A DNA stretch of 58,200 nt from Candidatus Woesearchaeota archaeon (GTDB taxonomy: Archaea > Nanobdellota > Nanobdellia > Woesearchaeales > JAGVYF01), in the NCBI GenBank assembly GCA_018303425.1, contig JAGVYF010000033.1, forward strand, positions 1 to 58,200, read 5' to 3'. The notes beneath the pieces were generated by a model. It did no database searches. It was not told where the DNA came from and worked only from the letters and a program-made list of their open reading frames with translations. Positions 1 through 8,912 of the stretch are shown here, piece after piece. Made by a program: the position numbers and the translations under genes. Position 1 is the first letter of the stretch. Each line of letters begins with the position of its first letter.

Positions 1-233
1 TGAACGATTTAGAACTGATTTTCACAATGCTTGGTGAAGCATCTACTACAAGAATTGCAAAAGATAAAGATGCTCAAGGATTTATCGAAAACAAAGAAGC
101 GGCAAAGAAAGGCGGAATAGTTGGGGGTGTAGCTAGAAAAGAACTTGAACAGCAAAGTGTTAGAAAAGTATCTACTCCAGAGAATTATCTTACTGAACCT
201 GAAAAAAAGAAAAAACTCCCGCGTCAGAAATAA
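1..233 (+). CDS. DinD/Bro-N family protein, C-terminal fragment (gene starts left of the window)
   Basis: The frame is open from the window edge (codons from nt 3: NDLELIFTMLGEASTTRIAKDKDAQGFIENKEAAKKGGIVGGVARKELEQQS..) to TAA at 231-233. It is a close paralog of the C-terminus of ORF 9845..10690 (HDLELIFTMLGEASTTRIARNKNAKGFIENKDAAAEGGTVAGIARKELEQRS..). Confidence 0.7.
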   Translation, partial: NDLELIFTMLGEASTTRIAKDKDAQGFIENKEAAKKGGIVGGVARKELEQQSVRKVSTPENYLTEPEKKKKLPRQK

Positions 234-272
234 AAAACTCACATCTCTACAAAAAGTTATACTTTTTTGACA

Positions 273-776
273 TTATTCACAATCATAAGTTTCATTATTA
301 ATATAAACAACATTATTTTCTTTCCTTAAACAATTCATTTCACCAAGCTTAATCCCGTAAGGATTATCAATCACAACGTTGCGTGAAATTTTACGAATCA
401 CCGTATTATCTTGGAGAGTATATTTAACAATTATTTCAGGTATTAATACATCGCTTCCACCGCAATCAACATGATTATTTCTAGTATTATCTAAAACATC
501 TTTGTAACTTGCATAGAAAGCGCAAATTTTAACTTCATATTCTTTATTAATTAAAGTAGCAGGCAGTTCAAAGACTCGCCTAAACCCGTTTTCAGTAAAT
601 GCAGTATTATCAATTTCTGTAAGTATTACCTGGCTGATTTCTTCCAATAAGACCATATCGGAATTTTTAGCAAAATCAAGTGTCCTTTCTTGAATTGCGC
701 CCATATAAATCAGGAATACAAATAACATAAAAGCAACTAAAATAGTAAATTCAGTAGAAACTTGGGCCTTTCTCAT
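273..776 (-). CDS. Type IV pilin-like protein (class III signal peptide), minor pilin candidate
   Basis: The N-terminus MRKA|QVSTEFTILVAFMLFVFLIY has basic residues, Ala-Gln, Glu at +5 and a hydrophobic helix. I moved the start to the internal ATG at 774-776, because the track start at 800 would overlap the upstream gene. It is the last of three consecutive pilin genes. Confidence 0.65.
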   Translation of the reverse strand: MRKAQVSTEFTILVAFMLFVFLIYMGAIQERTLDFAKNSDMVLLEEISQVILTEIDNTAFTENGFRRVFELPATLINKEYEVKICAFYASYKDVLDNTRNNHVDCGGSDVLIPEIIVKYTLQDNTVIRKISRNVVIDNPYGIKLGEMNCLRKENNVVYINNETYDCE

Positions 777-777
777 C

Positions 778-1257
778 TTAAATAATGTCAAGTTCAACAT
801 ATTCCTGCGTAATAATAACTATTTTTTTTGCTCCGCCCGAATATTGTGCAGGTTCAAAACTTACGGGGTACCCGGTTTTTCCTTTAATTTTAAGTGGTGC
901 CTGAGTTGAAAATACAATTTCATTTGATCCTTGAGTGAATGTAATCTCGCAATATTTTGGAGGGTTATAATCAGTTTTGCAATTAATGCCTAAATTGTCT
1001 ATACCTGACGGCATACTAATATCCAAAGTTATCTTTGACCCTTTTCCTAAAAAATAAGAATTTTCAGCGTTATTAACAATCGCATTACCTATATCAGTAA
1101 ACCTTGCAGTTCCTATCTGTTCAAGAGATGATTGAGAATAAGAATAATACAAAAAAATTCCAGGAACAAGCAGTAAAAATAATACACCAATCACTAGCAC
1201 ATATTCCATTGCAAATTGCGCTTTTTTATTTGAAATGTTATAACTGGAGATAACCAT
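778..1257 (-). CDS. Type IV pilin-like protein (class III signal peptide)
   Basis: The N-terminus ..NKKA|QFAMEYVLVIGVLFLLLV shows the same KA|Q..E+5 plus hydrophobic helix pattern as its neighbours. Confidence 0.65.
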   Translation of the reverse strand: MVISSYNISNKKAQFAMEYVLVIGVLFLLLVPGIFLYYSYSQSSLEQIGTARFTDIGNAIVNNAENSYFLGKGSKITLDISMPSGIDNLGINCKTDYNPPKYCEITFTQGSNEIVFSTQAPLKIKGKTGYPVSFEPAQYSGGAKKIVIITQEYVELDII

Positions 1258-1541
1258 TTATAAAAATTAAGCTTAATTAATATATAAATGTTGGTGAAAT
1301 ATGTAAGTGCATAGCACTGCCAATCCGTGAAATTGTCTATTATATTATTTATGTAAGATACTATCTATGTAGGCTTAACTTACATTTATTATTTGATAGA
1401 TAACATAACGGGCAAAAACTATGCACAGACTAAAATATAAATGTTGGTCAAATCAGAACTTCACACAAAAATCAATATAATAATAATTCATTTTTAAAAT
1501 AAATAAGAATAATAAAAAAATAAGAAAATAAAAAGCTAAAT

Positions 1542-2021
1542 TTAGCTTTCAATAGTAGTTATAACATCCCCTGATGCAGTATGTGTAAAAGCACCTGCAG
1601 TACCTTTATAATACACAAGTTTAGGAACTAATTTTACTTTTGTGCCTACTGTGCCCAGATTACAGCTGGTGGATGTTGAAACTGTGCCGCTTGCGCTATT
1701 TTGTATTACAACTGGTGGTATTAAATTTGCAGTACTAGAACCACATATTACTGATCCAGTTGCTGGATCTTCAACCCATGCTTTTGTTATTGTAATTTTA
1801 TCACCTAAAGCATTCTTTATTAATAAAGTAGCACTAGCACTTTTAAACTGATGTTGGTTACATTCTAAACCTACCTGGAAAAAACATTTTTCCGGCAACA
1901 CATTTGTTGGATTTAAAACTCCAAAATATGCTAAAGCTCCTATAACCACAAGAACTACTAAAATCGCCCAACCATAAGTCATTAAAAATTCCATAGCTGC
2001 TTGCGCTTTTTTATTATTCAT
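1542..2021 (-). CDS. Type IV pilin-like protein, probable major pilin
   Basis: The N-terminus is MNNKKA|QAAMEFLMTYGWAILVVLVVIGALAYF. Residues 5-54 are nearly identical to the N-terminus of ORF 44698..45804. Confidence 0.75.
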   Translation of the reverse strand: MNNKKAQAAMEFLMTYGWAILVVLVVIGALAYFGVLNPTNVLPEKCFFQVGLECNQHQFKSASATLLIKNALGDKITITKAWVEDPATGSVICGSSTANLIPPVVIQNSASGTVSTSTSCNLGTVGTKVKLVPKLVYYKGTAGAFTHTASGDVITTIES

Positions 2022-2116
2022 TAATTATCACCTTTTTTATTGTTAATCTGATATTTAATTAATTTTAAGGGGGAATTTATATATAAAGCTTTCGCATGAA
2101 AACATCGCCTAATAAT

Positions 2117-3163
2117 TTACAATGAACCTACAAATGAAGAGAATACCCAACCAAACAAAACCATTAATATGCTGTATATAATATAAGCCCCAAAAACATA
2201 CATAGGGATATACTTTATCCCGCCACGAATGTCTCCTTTATTTATAATAGAAACTATCATCGCCGCAAAAAACGCAATTGTCATTAAAGCTAAACGTGAA
2301 AAAGTAATAAAATCCGGCAAAGCAATTGCAATGCTGATTTTTCCCATTACAGAAGACAGCGTAGCAGTTGATAATATATTTTTTGAAAAAGTGTCAATCA
2401 TTGAAAGCAGATAATATGATAACGAGAAAAGTGATGGGGCAATGCCTAAAACAATGGCAGTAATAAATATGGTATAACTAATAGTATTTGCAATCATTCT
2501 TTCCTTTAAAGCAGTAGTCTTTTTAATGTCATCAATCACTTTATCAATCACATACGAAATTTCTCCCCCTCCACGCATACTTTCAGTTATCAATGAAAAA
2601 GCCCGTCTTAATGTAATAGAGTCATACTTATTTACAAAATCTTCAAGCGCGCTTACAATATCGTCACCGGTCATAACGCGTTTTGCCGCAATCTTGATCT
2701 CATTTGAAAGCACCCCGAATTCAGGCTTAATCGCTCTCCATAACGCCTTATCCAGCGTCATGCCCGTTTTTAAGTTGTCATTAAAAATGGATAAAAAATC
2801 AGCAAGCACGTCTTCCATTTCTTTGGTTCTTTGAAATATTTGAACATCAATATACACATAAACAATACCCATCATAACTAATGCTAAAATAAGTTCAGTA
2901 ACAAAAATAAAAATGAATGTATATGCTAATGTTTTTAATAAGCCCAACCCAACAAAATATATTGGCCAAAGATATGCAAATAATAATCCGGTAATAATCA
3001 CACTTATGTAAAACATTACTCCGAATATTGTATAGGGAATTTTATAGATACCAGCCTTTTCAAGATAACGCCTAAAAATGGGCCTAACAAAATCAGGAAT
3101 AAACGCTTTACCAAAATCCTCTGCAAGGATAAAATAATCCCCCCATTTTTTTGTATTTTTCAT
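2117..3163 (-). CDS. Pilus-assembly polytopic membrane protein (T2SS-F / TadC / FlaJ-like)
   Basis: It has several TM helices flanking a soluble helical segment (..DKALWRAIKPEFGVLSNEIKIAAKRVMTGDDIVSALEDF..), as in GspF/PilC/TadBC platform proteins. It lies in an operon with the secretion ATPase. Confidence 0.65.
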   Translation of the reverse strand: MKNTKKWGDYFILAEDFGKAFIPDFVRPIFRRYLEKAGIYKIPYTIFGVMFYISVIITGLLFAYLWPIYFVGLGLLKTLAYTFIFIFVTELILALVMMGIVYVYIDVQIFQRTKEMEDVLADFLSIFNDNLKTGMTLDKALWRAIKPEFGVLSNEIKIAAKRVMTGDDIVSALEDFVNKYDSITLRRAFSLITESMRGGGEISYVIDKVIDDIKKTTALKERMIANTISYTIFITAIVLGIAPSLFSLSYYLLSMIDTFSKNILSTATLSSVMGKISIAIALPDFITFSRLALMTIAFFAAMIVSIINKGDIRGGIKYIPMYVFGAYIIYSILMVLFGWVFSSFVGSL

Positions 3164-3182
3164 TATTTCTTTCTATTTTCCA

Positions 3183-3998
3183 TTATAATAATACTGCCGG
3201 CCTGATTGATTTATATAATGATATAAACATAAACTGCACAAATGCTATAATAAATATAATGAAATATAACACGTTTAACGGGATTATTATCCCGACAAAA
3301 CTTGATATAATAGACAGCATTGTAATTCCAAGCGATGGCACAATAATCGCAAGCACCATATAAAAAAGAGTGATAGAATTTATTTTTCTTCCATACTTTT
3401 CAATTTCTGTGAAATATTCTTCATTAATTCCGTCTAAAATAACACTTAAACTTTTGGTCATGTCTGAACCAGTTTTGATAGAGTTAGAAATTTCCCATAA
3501 TATTTTTCTAAGATTTCGGCAAGGATTATTTTTAATGGATTTATCAATTGCGTCTTCAATCTTTGCGCCGAAATGTATGTCCTGCACTATCTCGTTAAAT
3601 ACTTCCCCTGTTGCGCCATAACTTTTGGCAACACCGATTAACGAACCAAATAAAGGTTCACCGGATTGCACTTTAACAAGTAAATACCTGCCGGCAAATA
3701 ATACGTTCTTATTAATCTCTTTTTCTCTTTGAGAGATATAAACAAAGGGTATATTAATTAAAAAAAAAAACACTAAAACAAAAATCACCGGCCCTAATAA
3801 AAATAGTAATAATAATGAGACACCATAAGACTTGAACAGCATCAGCAATAATAAAATTACGGCACCCATAATCATTATTGAAGTGAATAGACTTTCAGCC
3901 ACATACCTTTCAGCTGTTTTTTTCATCCGCGCCATTAACAATTGCTGCTGTAAATTTGGAAGATAACTTACTATGACTGGCGCTATTTGTTTCATCAT
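3183..3998 (-). CDS. Pilus-assembly polytopic membrane protein (T2SS-F / TadB / FlaJ-like)
   Basis: It has the same architecture as 2117..3163 (..SLIGVAKSYGATGEVFNEIVQDIHFGAKIEDAIDKSI.. between TM helices) and lies directly downstream of the ATPase gene. Confidence 0.65.
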   Translation of the reverse strand: MMKQIAPVIVSYLPNLQQQLLMARMKKTAERYVAESLFTSIMIMGAVILLLLMLFKSYGVSLLLLFLLGPVIFVLVFFFLINIPFVYISQREKEINKNVLFAGRYLLVKVQSGEPLFGSLIGVAKSYGATGEVFNEIVQDIHFGAKIEDAIDKSIKNNPCRNLRKILWEISNSIKTGSDMTKSLSVILDGINEEYFTEIEKYGRKINSITLFYMVLAIIVPSLGITMLSIISSFVGIIIPLNVLYFIIFIIAFVQFMFISLYKSIRPAVLL

Positions 3999-4013
3999 TT
4001 TGTTAGCACTCCA

Positions 4014-5594
4014 TTATTTCTGTTTGCTTTTCTTACTGACTACTTTTTTTTGCAGTTTTGTATTATCCTTATCATTCTGCAATTCATTATTATCTTTATC
4101 AGAAGCTTTTTTTACATGTAATTCATTGTACGATTTTTTTTGTTTGGCTTCTTTTACACTATTTAAATAATATTTAGCTAGAATTAAACCAATCTGATTA
4201 ATATCATTAATGTTCCTATTGACTAAATCTTTTAATATGCTTATTTTTTCTTTTAAATCATCATCGATATCCTTTTCACTCATTCCTGTGTAAAGGTTAA
4301 GAGTTTCGTATAAAGTTTTAGACTTATTTTTAGGGAACATCATATCTTTTTGAGCATCATACTGCATAATCACATTGGGATCTCCATCAGGCATAATCTC
4401 TGCAATTTGCAGAGTTCTTCTTTTGCCAGTACGCCTGTTCCTGTTTTGCACAAGTATTAAGTTTAAAGCAGGCAGCATTAATTTTGGAACATCAATCGGA
4501 GGATTTGTTAGCCTTGTCACTGTTTCACGCGCATTATTAGCGTGGATTGTGCCGTACACCGAATGGCCTGTATGCATTGCTTCAAACAATACTTCAGCTT
4601 CTTTTTGTCTTCTAATCTCTCCCACTAATATCCTGTCCGGTCTCATCCTTAAAGAATTAACTACTAGGTCCAGCATAGAAACTTCACCTTTTCCCTCCGG
4701 ATTAGGTTGCCTGGTTTCCATTGGCACCCAATGTAAAGTTGTTGGCAATTTTAACTCTCTAGTATCCTCAATGGAAATAATTCTCTGATTGGGCGGTAAA
4801 AAATTACATAACACATTAAGCATAGATGTTTTACCTGAACCAGTTCCGCCAGCAATCAATACTGACATTTCGTTTTGTATCGCTAACCAAATTAAAGCTG
4901 CTGCTTCATAGGATATAGTATTTGCCTTTAAAAAATCAGTAATTGTCCATGGCCTGGCTGCAAATTTTCTGATGGTAATTGTATTGCCAAAATTCGAGAT
5001 AGGGTTAAGTGTCGCATTAACCCTGTCACCCGTTAATAGATGCGCGTCCATTAATGGCGAGAGGATTGTAATTTGTTTGCCCACGTCTTTCCCTATCATA
5101 GTAGAATAATGCCTTATCTGTTCTTCAGATTCAAGCCGAACATTAGTTTTCAGCCATCCGTGAATCTTGTGATAAACCCATATTGGTTCTTTTGCGCTAT
5201 TCACAACTACTTCTTCCAAATTAACATCTTTCAATAAAATTTCTAAATGACCCAACCCCAAATCTTGCTGAATCAGGTAAGTAGTTAGTAATTTTAAATT
5301 TTCATTATTAATGTTAGGAAAAAGTTTTTTAAGGAGCAATTCCATTTCTTCTTTAAATTTTTCTTTAACTTTTTGCATACCTTCAAAACCGCTAATTTCA
5401 ATAGTTCCAACATTAACCTCAGAAACAAATTTTTGTCTTATTTTTTCAAGTATGACGCTTGTAGCTTTGCTAATATTTAAAATAGAAATTTCATAACTCG
5501 GCACAAAATCCTCTTCGCCTTGACTTATATTTACATCAACTAAAATACCATCTGCATCGATTTGATAAGAATCAATTTCTTTCAATATATTCAC
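4014..5594 (-). CDS. Type II/IV secretion system ATPase (FlaI/GspE/VirB11 family)
   Basis: It has a Walker A motif (IAGGTGSGKTS), SIEDTRELKLP, and LVGEIRRQKEAEVLFEAMHTGHSVYGTIHA, which is typical of this family. The C-terminus is a Lys-rich tail. Confidence 0.9.
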   Translation of the reverse strand: MNILKEIDSYQIDADGILVDVNISQGEEDFVPSYEISILNISKATSVILEKIRQKFVSEVNVGTIEISGFEGMQKVKEKFKEEMELLLKKLFPNINNENLKLLTTYLIQQDLGLGHLEILLKDVNLEEVVVNSAKEPIWVYHKIHGWLKTNVRLESEEQIRHYSTMIGKDVGKQITILSPLMDAHLLTGDRVNATLNPISNFGNTITIRKFAARPWTITDFLKANTISYEAAALIWLAIQNEMSVLIAGGTGSGKTSMLNVLCNFLPPNQRIISIEDTRELKLPTTLHWVPMETRQPNPEGKGEVSMLDLVVNSLRMRPDRILVGEIRRQKEAEVLFEAMHTGHSVYGTIHANNARETVTRLTNPPIDVPKLMLPALNLILVQNRNRRTGKRRTLQIAEIMPDGDPNVIMQYDAQKDMMFPKNKSKTLYETLNLYTGMSEKDIDDDLKEKISILKDLVNRNINDINQIGLILAKYYLNSVKEAKQKKSYNELHVKKASDKDNNELQNDKDNTKLQKKVVSKKSKQK

Positions 5595-7834
5595 CTTTCA
5601 TTTAAAGATTGTTTAGCCTTTTGCTTTATAACAAAAGCTTCTTCATTATCTGGCTCAATATTTAATGCTTCTTCAGCATCAGCCATTGCACCGCTATAAT
5701 CAAATTCTTCAAGCTTTACTACTGCCGATGCAATTTTTTCATCAGCTTTTGAAAGCCGAATAGTGCCCTGGCCTTTTTTATCAAGGTTAATTTCTTCCAT
5801 CATAGCCTTTGCAGGACCATAATTAGGATTAATCTTTGATACTTCTTTAAGATAAGCAATTGCTTTAGGATGATTTTTAATCGTAAAATAATTCATCGCT
5901 TTAATCATTAAATCATCAATACGATCCATTTTAAATTCTTCATCTGAGAGGGCAGGCAACTGCAACCTTTCAGTTGGAGCGATTTTTTTAACATTCATTT
6001 GAAAATTAAAAAGTTTGGATTTTGCATAATTAATTAAAGGCGCAGAGTTTGGAATTTGGGTTAATACATTTTCAACCATCCCGTTTGCTTCGCTCAAAAT
6101 TGATTGCACATTAGAAACTTCATTTGATTTACTTGCATTTTCCAGCGTTTCAATCAATAAATAAAGTTTATACATTAAATAAATATTTTTGATTTCCTCT
6201 TTAAGGCGGGTTTTTTTAGATGCAAGCGCTAATGGAAGTTGCTGGTAAATTAAATAAATGCTTTTGTAAACATCAGGCAGTAAATTAAACCTGTCAGTAC
6301 TGACAATTTCATAAGCATTCACTATTAATTTTAATAATGAGAAATATTTCTCTTTTGCATAACCTTCTAACTCTCCCAAAATTACCATATCCGAATGTGA
6401 TACTATCTCAAAGTAAGTTTCATATATCATATTTCGCACTTGCACTTTAGTTTTATTAAATCCCTTTGGCAGTGAGTTATAACAATCAATACTTTCTTTA
6501 TAATATTGAAACCCTAAATCAAAATTAGTTTTAGCAACGCATTTTTTGCCTTTTTCAAGATAAGATTGAATTTTTTTCTTTCCATTATGAATTGCGTCTA
6601 ATGCCGAATCATTTTTTGCATTTGTAATCTCTTTATATGTTTTCAATATTTCATTTTGAATAATATGTTCGTTTTTAATAAACCCCTTGGGCATTTGGCT
6701 GTACAAACTTTTAATTTCCCCGTACCTTTGGATTGCGATAACAATTTCTTTATTTTTAAGCAAATCCTGAATCTCTAAAAGTAAGCCCCTGATGGATTTA
6801 AGTTTAGATTCTGCATCAGTCAATGAATAAAGTTTTTTAACATCGACAATTTGTTGGTGTATTTCTGCCAATTTTTGTTGCAAAACAACCTTTTCAGCAA
6901 AAAAACCTTCCGGTAATGCAGAATATGCCTCTCGCGCAAGAGAATAAGCCATCGTAGCTTCATCAACATTTTCTTTTTTAAGCGCCAACCTAATAATTCC
7001 TAATTGTCGCTCAATCAAATTAGATTTGTCTTTAAGCGTGTTTTTTGCGACTTTACTTTTTAAATTGTTTAGATTTTCATAGAACTCTAATACCTTTTTA
7101 GTCAAAATTATTTTTTCTTCAAAAAATCCGGGAGGCAATTGCTTATAAATTGCTTTAATACTACTGTATATTATAATTGATTTGTCTATTTCTCCGGACC
7201 TTAAATAGGTATAAGCCTCTTTTAACAATTTTAATATTTCAGATTGCTTGTTTACCATCTCTTCTTGAACTTTATTCTCAAGTGTTACAATAATCTCATT
7301 ATTAAGTTTGATTAAATCATCTTCAATCTGCCCCATTTTCTCAAGAAACATTTCAGGCACTTTATTGAATGCATCATATAATTGTTCATACGTTTTTTTT
7401 GCTTTTTCAAATTCCCCTTTAACGACTGAATCGTGCGCAAGATTCATCAAATTTGCGACATCTTTAGGTTTTGTAATGCCTCTCTCTTCATCTAAGTCAT
7501 TTAGAGAAAGTAAAGATTTTGCTTTTGCCAAAAGATTTTCATGTTCAGGCTCATTTAATATTCCTTCATCTCTTAATGTTTTTTTTAATTTGGGGGGCAG
7601 TACCCCCTTAGAAACAATCTCTTGATTACCAACCCACTGAATAAAGGGAGTAGTAAATTGATAACTTAATTTAATAAAACCTACTTCTTCAAAATAATGC
7701 GCCCATTCTTCAACAACCCCTGGTGATACTCCTAATTCTTTTGCGGCATCATTGATAGAAATATTTTTTCTATTTTGCAAAAGACTCATTAAAGAATCAA
7801 CGTCAGTTTCCATTATTCCTTTTTTTTCAGACAT
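5591..7834 (-). CDS. Pilus-operon protein of unknown function: N-terminal HTH-like segment, six internal repeats ending Y..LP.GF, C-terminal TPR-like region
   Basis: The N-terminus (ISINDAAKELGVSPGVVEEWAHYFEEVGFIKL) looks like a wHTH. The repeats are YKQLPPGFFEEK, YSALPEGFFAEK, YSQMPKGFIKNE, YNSLPKGFNKTK, YQQLPLALASKK and FNKVPEMFLEK. The C-terminus (..AIAYLKEVSKINPNYGPA.., ..AEEALNIEPDNEEA..) is TPR-like. It overlaps the ATPase gene by 4 nt. Confidence 0.5.
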   Translation of the reverse strand: MSEKKGIMETDVDSLMSLLQNRKNISINDAAKELGVSPGVVEEWAHYFEEVGFIKLSYQFTTPFIQWVGNQEIVSKGVLPPKLKKTLRDEGILNEPEHENLLAKAKSLLSLNDLDEERGITKPKDVANLMNLAHDSVVKGEFEKAKKTYEQLYDAFNKVPEMFLEKMGQIEDDLIKLNNEIIVTLENKVQEEMVNKQSEILKLLKEAYTYLRSGEIDKSIIIYSSIKAIYKQLPPGFFEEKIILTKKVLEFYENLNNLKSKVAKNTLKDKSNLIERQLGIIRLALKKENVDEATMAYSLAREAYSALPEGFFAEKVVLQQKLAEIHQQIVDVKKLYSLTDAESKLKSIRGLLLEIQDLLKNKEIVIAIQRYGEIKSLYSQMPKGFIKNEHIIQNEILKTYKEITNAKNDSALDAIHNGKKKIQSYLEKGKKCVAKTNFDLGFQYYKESIDCYNSLPKGFNKTKVQVRNMIYETYFEIVSHSDMVILGELEGYAKEKYFSLLKLIVNAYEIVSTDRFNLLPDVYKSIYLIYQQLPLALASKKTRLKEEIKNIYLMYKLYLLIETLENASKSNEVSNVQSILSEANGMVENVLTQIPNSAPLINYAKSKLFNFQMNVKKIAPTERLQLPALSDEEFKMDRIDDLMIKAMNYFTIKNHPKAIAYLKEVSKINPNYGPAKAMMEEINLDKKGQGTIRLSKADEKIASAVVKLEEFDYSGAMADAEEALNIEPDNEEAFVIKQKAKQSLNER

Positions 7835-7880
7835 CTCTATATATCGTTAGATTATTTATATATAAAGTTATTGTTTTACT

Positions 7881-8011
7881 GGTGCTGTCCGAAAAGTTCA
7901 TTGTCTGTATATTTAGATCTAAAAATAAACTTAATATCTGCAAGAAGTTTTTTGCTAATCCAATTAAAAGCGAGCATACTAATTAATAATGGAACAACTC
8001 TAAAAAGCACC
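7881..8011. repeat. MITE-like repeat, copy A (degenerate, 131 bp)
   Basis: The left end is GGTGCTGTCCGAAAAGTTCATTGTCTGTATAT and the right end is CATACTAATTAATAATGGAACAACTCTAAAAAGCACC. The termini GGTGCT and AGCACC are inverted. It is related to the copies at 32415 and 37943. Confidence 0.55.
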
Positions 8012-8175
8012 ATTTTATGTGACGTCATATGAATAATAACATGCAGAAGCGTATAAAGAATCAATTACTCGCGACAATCAACACACTTGTGAAAAATGAG
8101 ATTATATATTGAATTTAAAAAAAACATATTTAGTAAATATTCATTTTAGTAATGTCCCGCATAAAACAACTATAA

Positions 8176-8700
8176 TCATAACTTACTTTTTACAGCTTTA
8201 TCAGAAATAATTGCGCTATTTCCCGTAGGATCTTCAATAATAATTTTTAATGGTTCTTGACCCCATAATACTTTATTAAGTTTTTTTAATAAATTTTTAG
8301 CTTTTTTCTTTTTATCTTGGTCTTCTTCATTGTCACGTACGCTTTCAATCATATTCATAACTCGATTGATTACTCCTTCAATGTTAGTTATATAGCCATT
8401 TGAACTAGGTCCAGATTCAATTGTCATAATTCGAGGAATTTTTACAGTTGCTTGCGCAGATTTAACAACCCTAATTTTTAGATCTTCTTCACTATTAATT
8501 TCAATAGTAAATTTAGAAGGTTCATGAGTCTCAATTGCTTCAATATCAGATTTGTGGTATTTACATGCGCTGCAACTCATCGAAAAAATATACATCTTAT
8601 TAAAATAAGGTACTTCAACTTCTTGTTCTATAAGGGTTAATGCATTTTCACTACAAATCGGACATTTTTCCCCTTTCAAAATTTCACCAGTTTCATCCAT
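8176..8700 (-). CDS. ZPR1-type zinc-finger protein
   Basis: The motif CPICSENALTLIEQEVEVPYFNKMYIFSMSCSACKYH (CxxC..CxxC around the PYF motif) is followed by the ZPR1 beta domain. Confidence 0.85.
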   Translation of the reverse strand: MDETGEILKGEKCPICSENALTLIEQEVEVPYFNKMYIFSMSCSACKYHKSDIEAIETHEPSKFTIEINSEEDLKIRVVKSAQATVKIPRIMTIESGPSSNGYITNIEGVINRVMNMIESVRDNEEDQDKKKKAKNLLKKLNKVLWGQEPLKIIIEDPTGNSAIISDKAVKSKL

Positions 8701-8762
8701 GCAAATAAAGAAAAGAAATAAGGTATAAAAACCTTGCGGAGTAATTTATAAAAAGTGAGAAA

Positions 8763-8805
8763 GGTTTGAACGAAGTTCATTACCTTGTAAAGGTTTGAAC
8801 GAAGT
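8763..8805. repeat. 29-bp tandem repeat, left part (one full unit plus the first 14 nt of the interrupted unit)
   Basis: GGTTTGAACGAAGTTCATTACCTTGTAAA lies at 8763-8791, followed by GGTTTGAACGAAGT at 8792-8805, which is cut by the island. Confidence 0.9.
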
Positions 8806-8828
8806 CGTATTGGTCACCCTGTAGATGT
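8806..8828. repeat. Left terminal inverted repeat of the island
   Basis: CGTATTGGTCACCCTGTAGATGT. Confidence 0.85.
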
Positions 8829-8912
8829 TAACCGTTGGCTGTTAAGAATTCGGCTGTTTTAAGTCATTTTTGCAGAAAATTGTCCAAAATCTTGTTTCCA
8901 CTCATGTTTGCT

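Noticed and set aside
241-262. ACATCTCTAC after the left-edge DinD fragment might be a copy of the island TIR (ACATCTACGGGG..).
   Set aside because: Only about 8 nt match, with an indel. That is not distinguishable from chance in AT-rich DNA.
7876-8064. A 62-aa minus-strand ORF.
   Set aside because: It is built almost entirely from MITE-like copy A, in the promoter region of the pilus operon. It has no coding signature.
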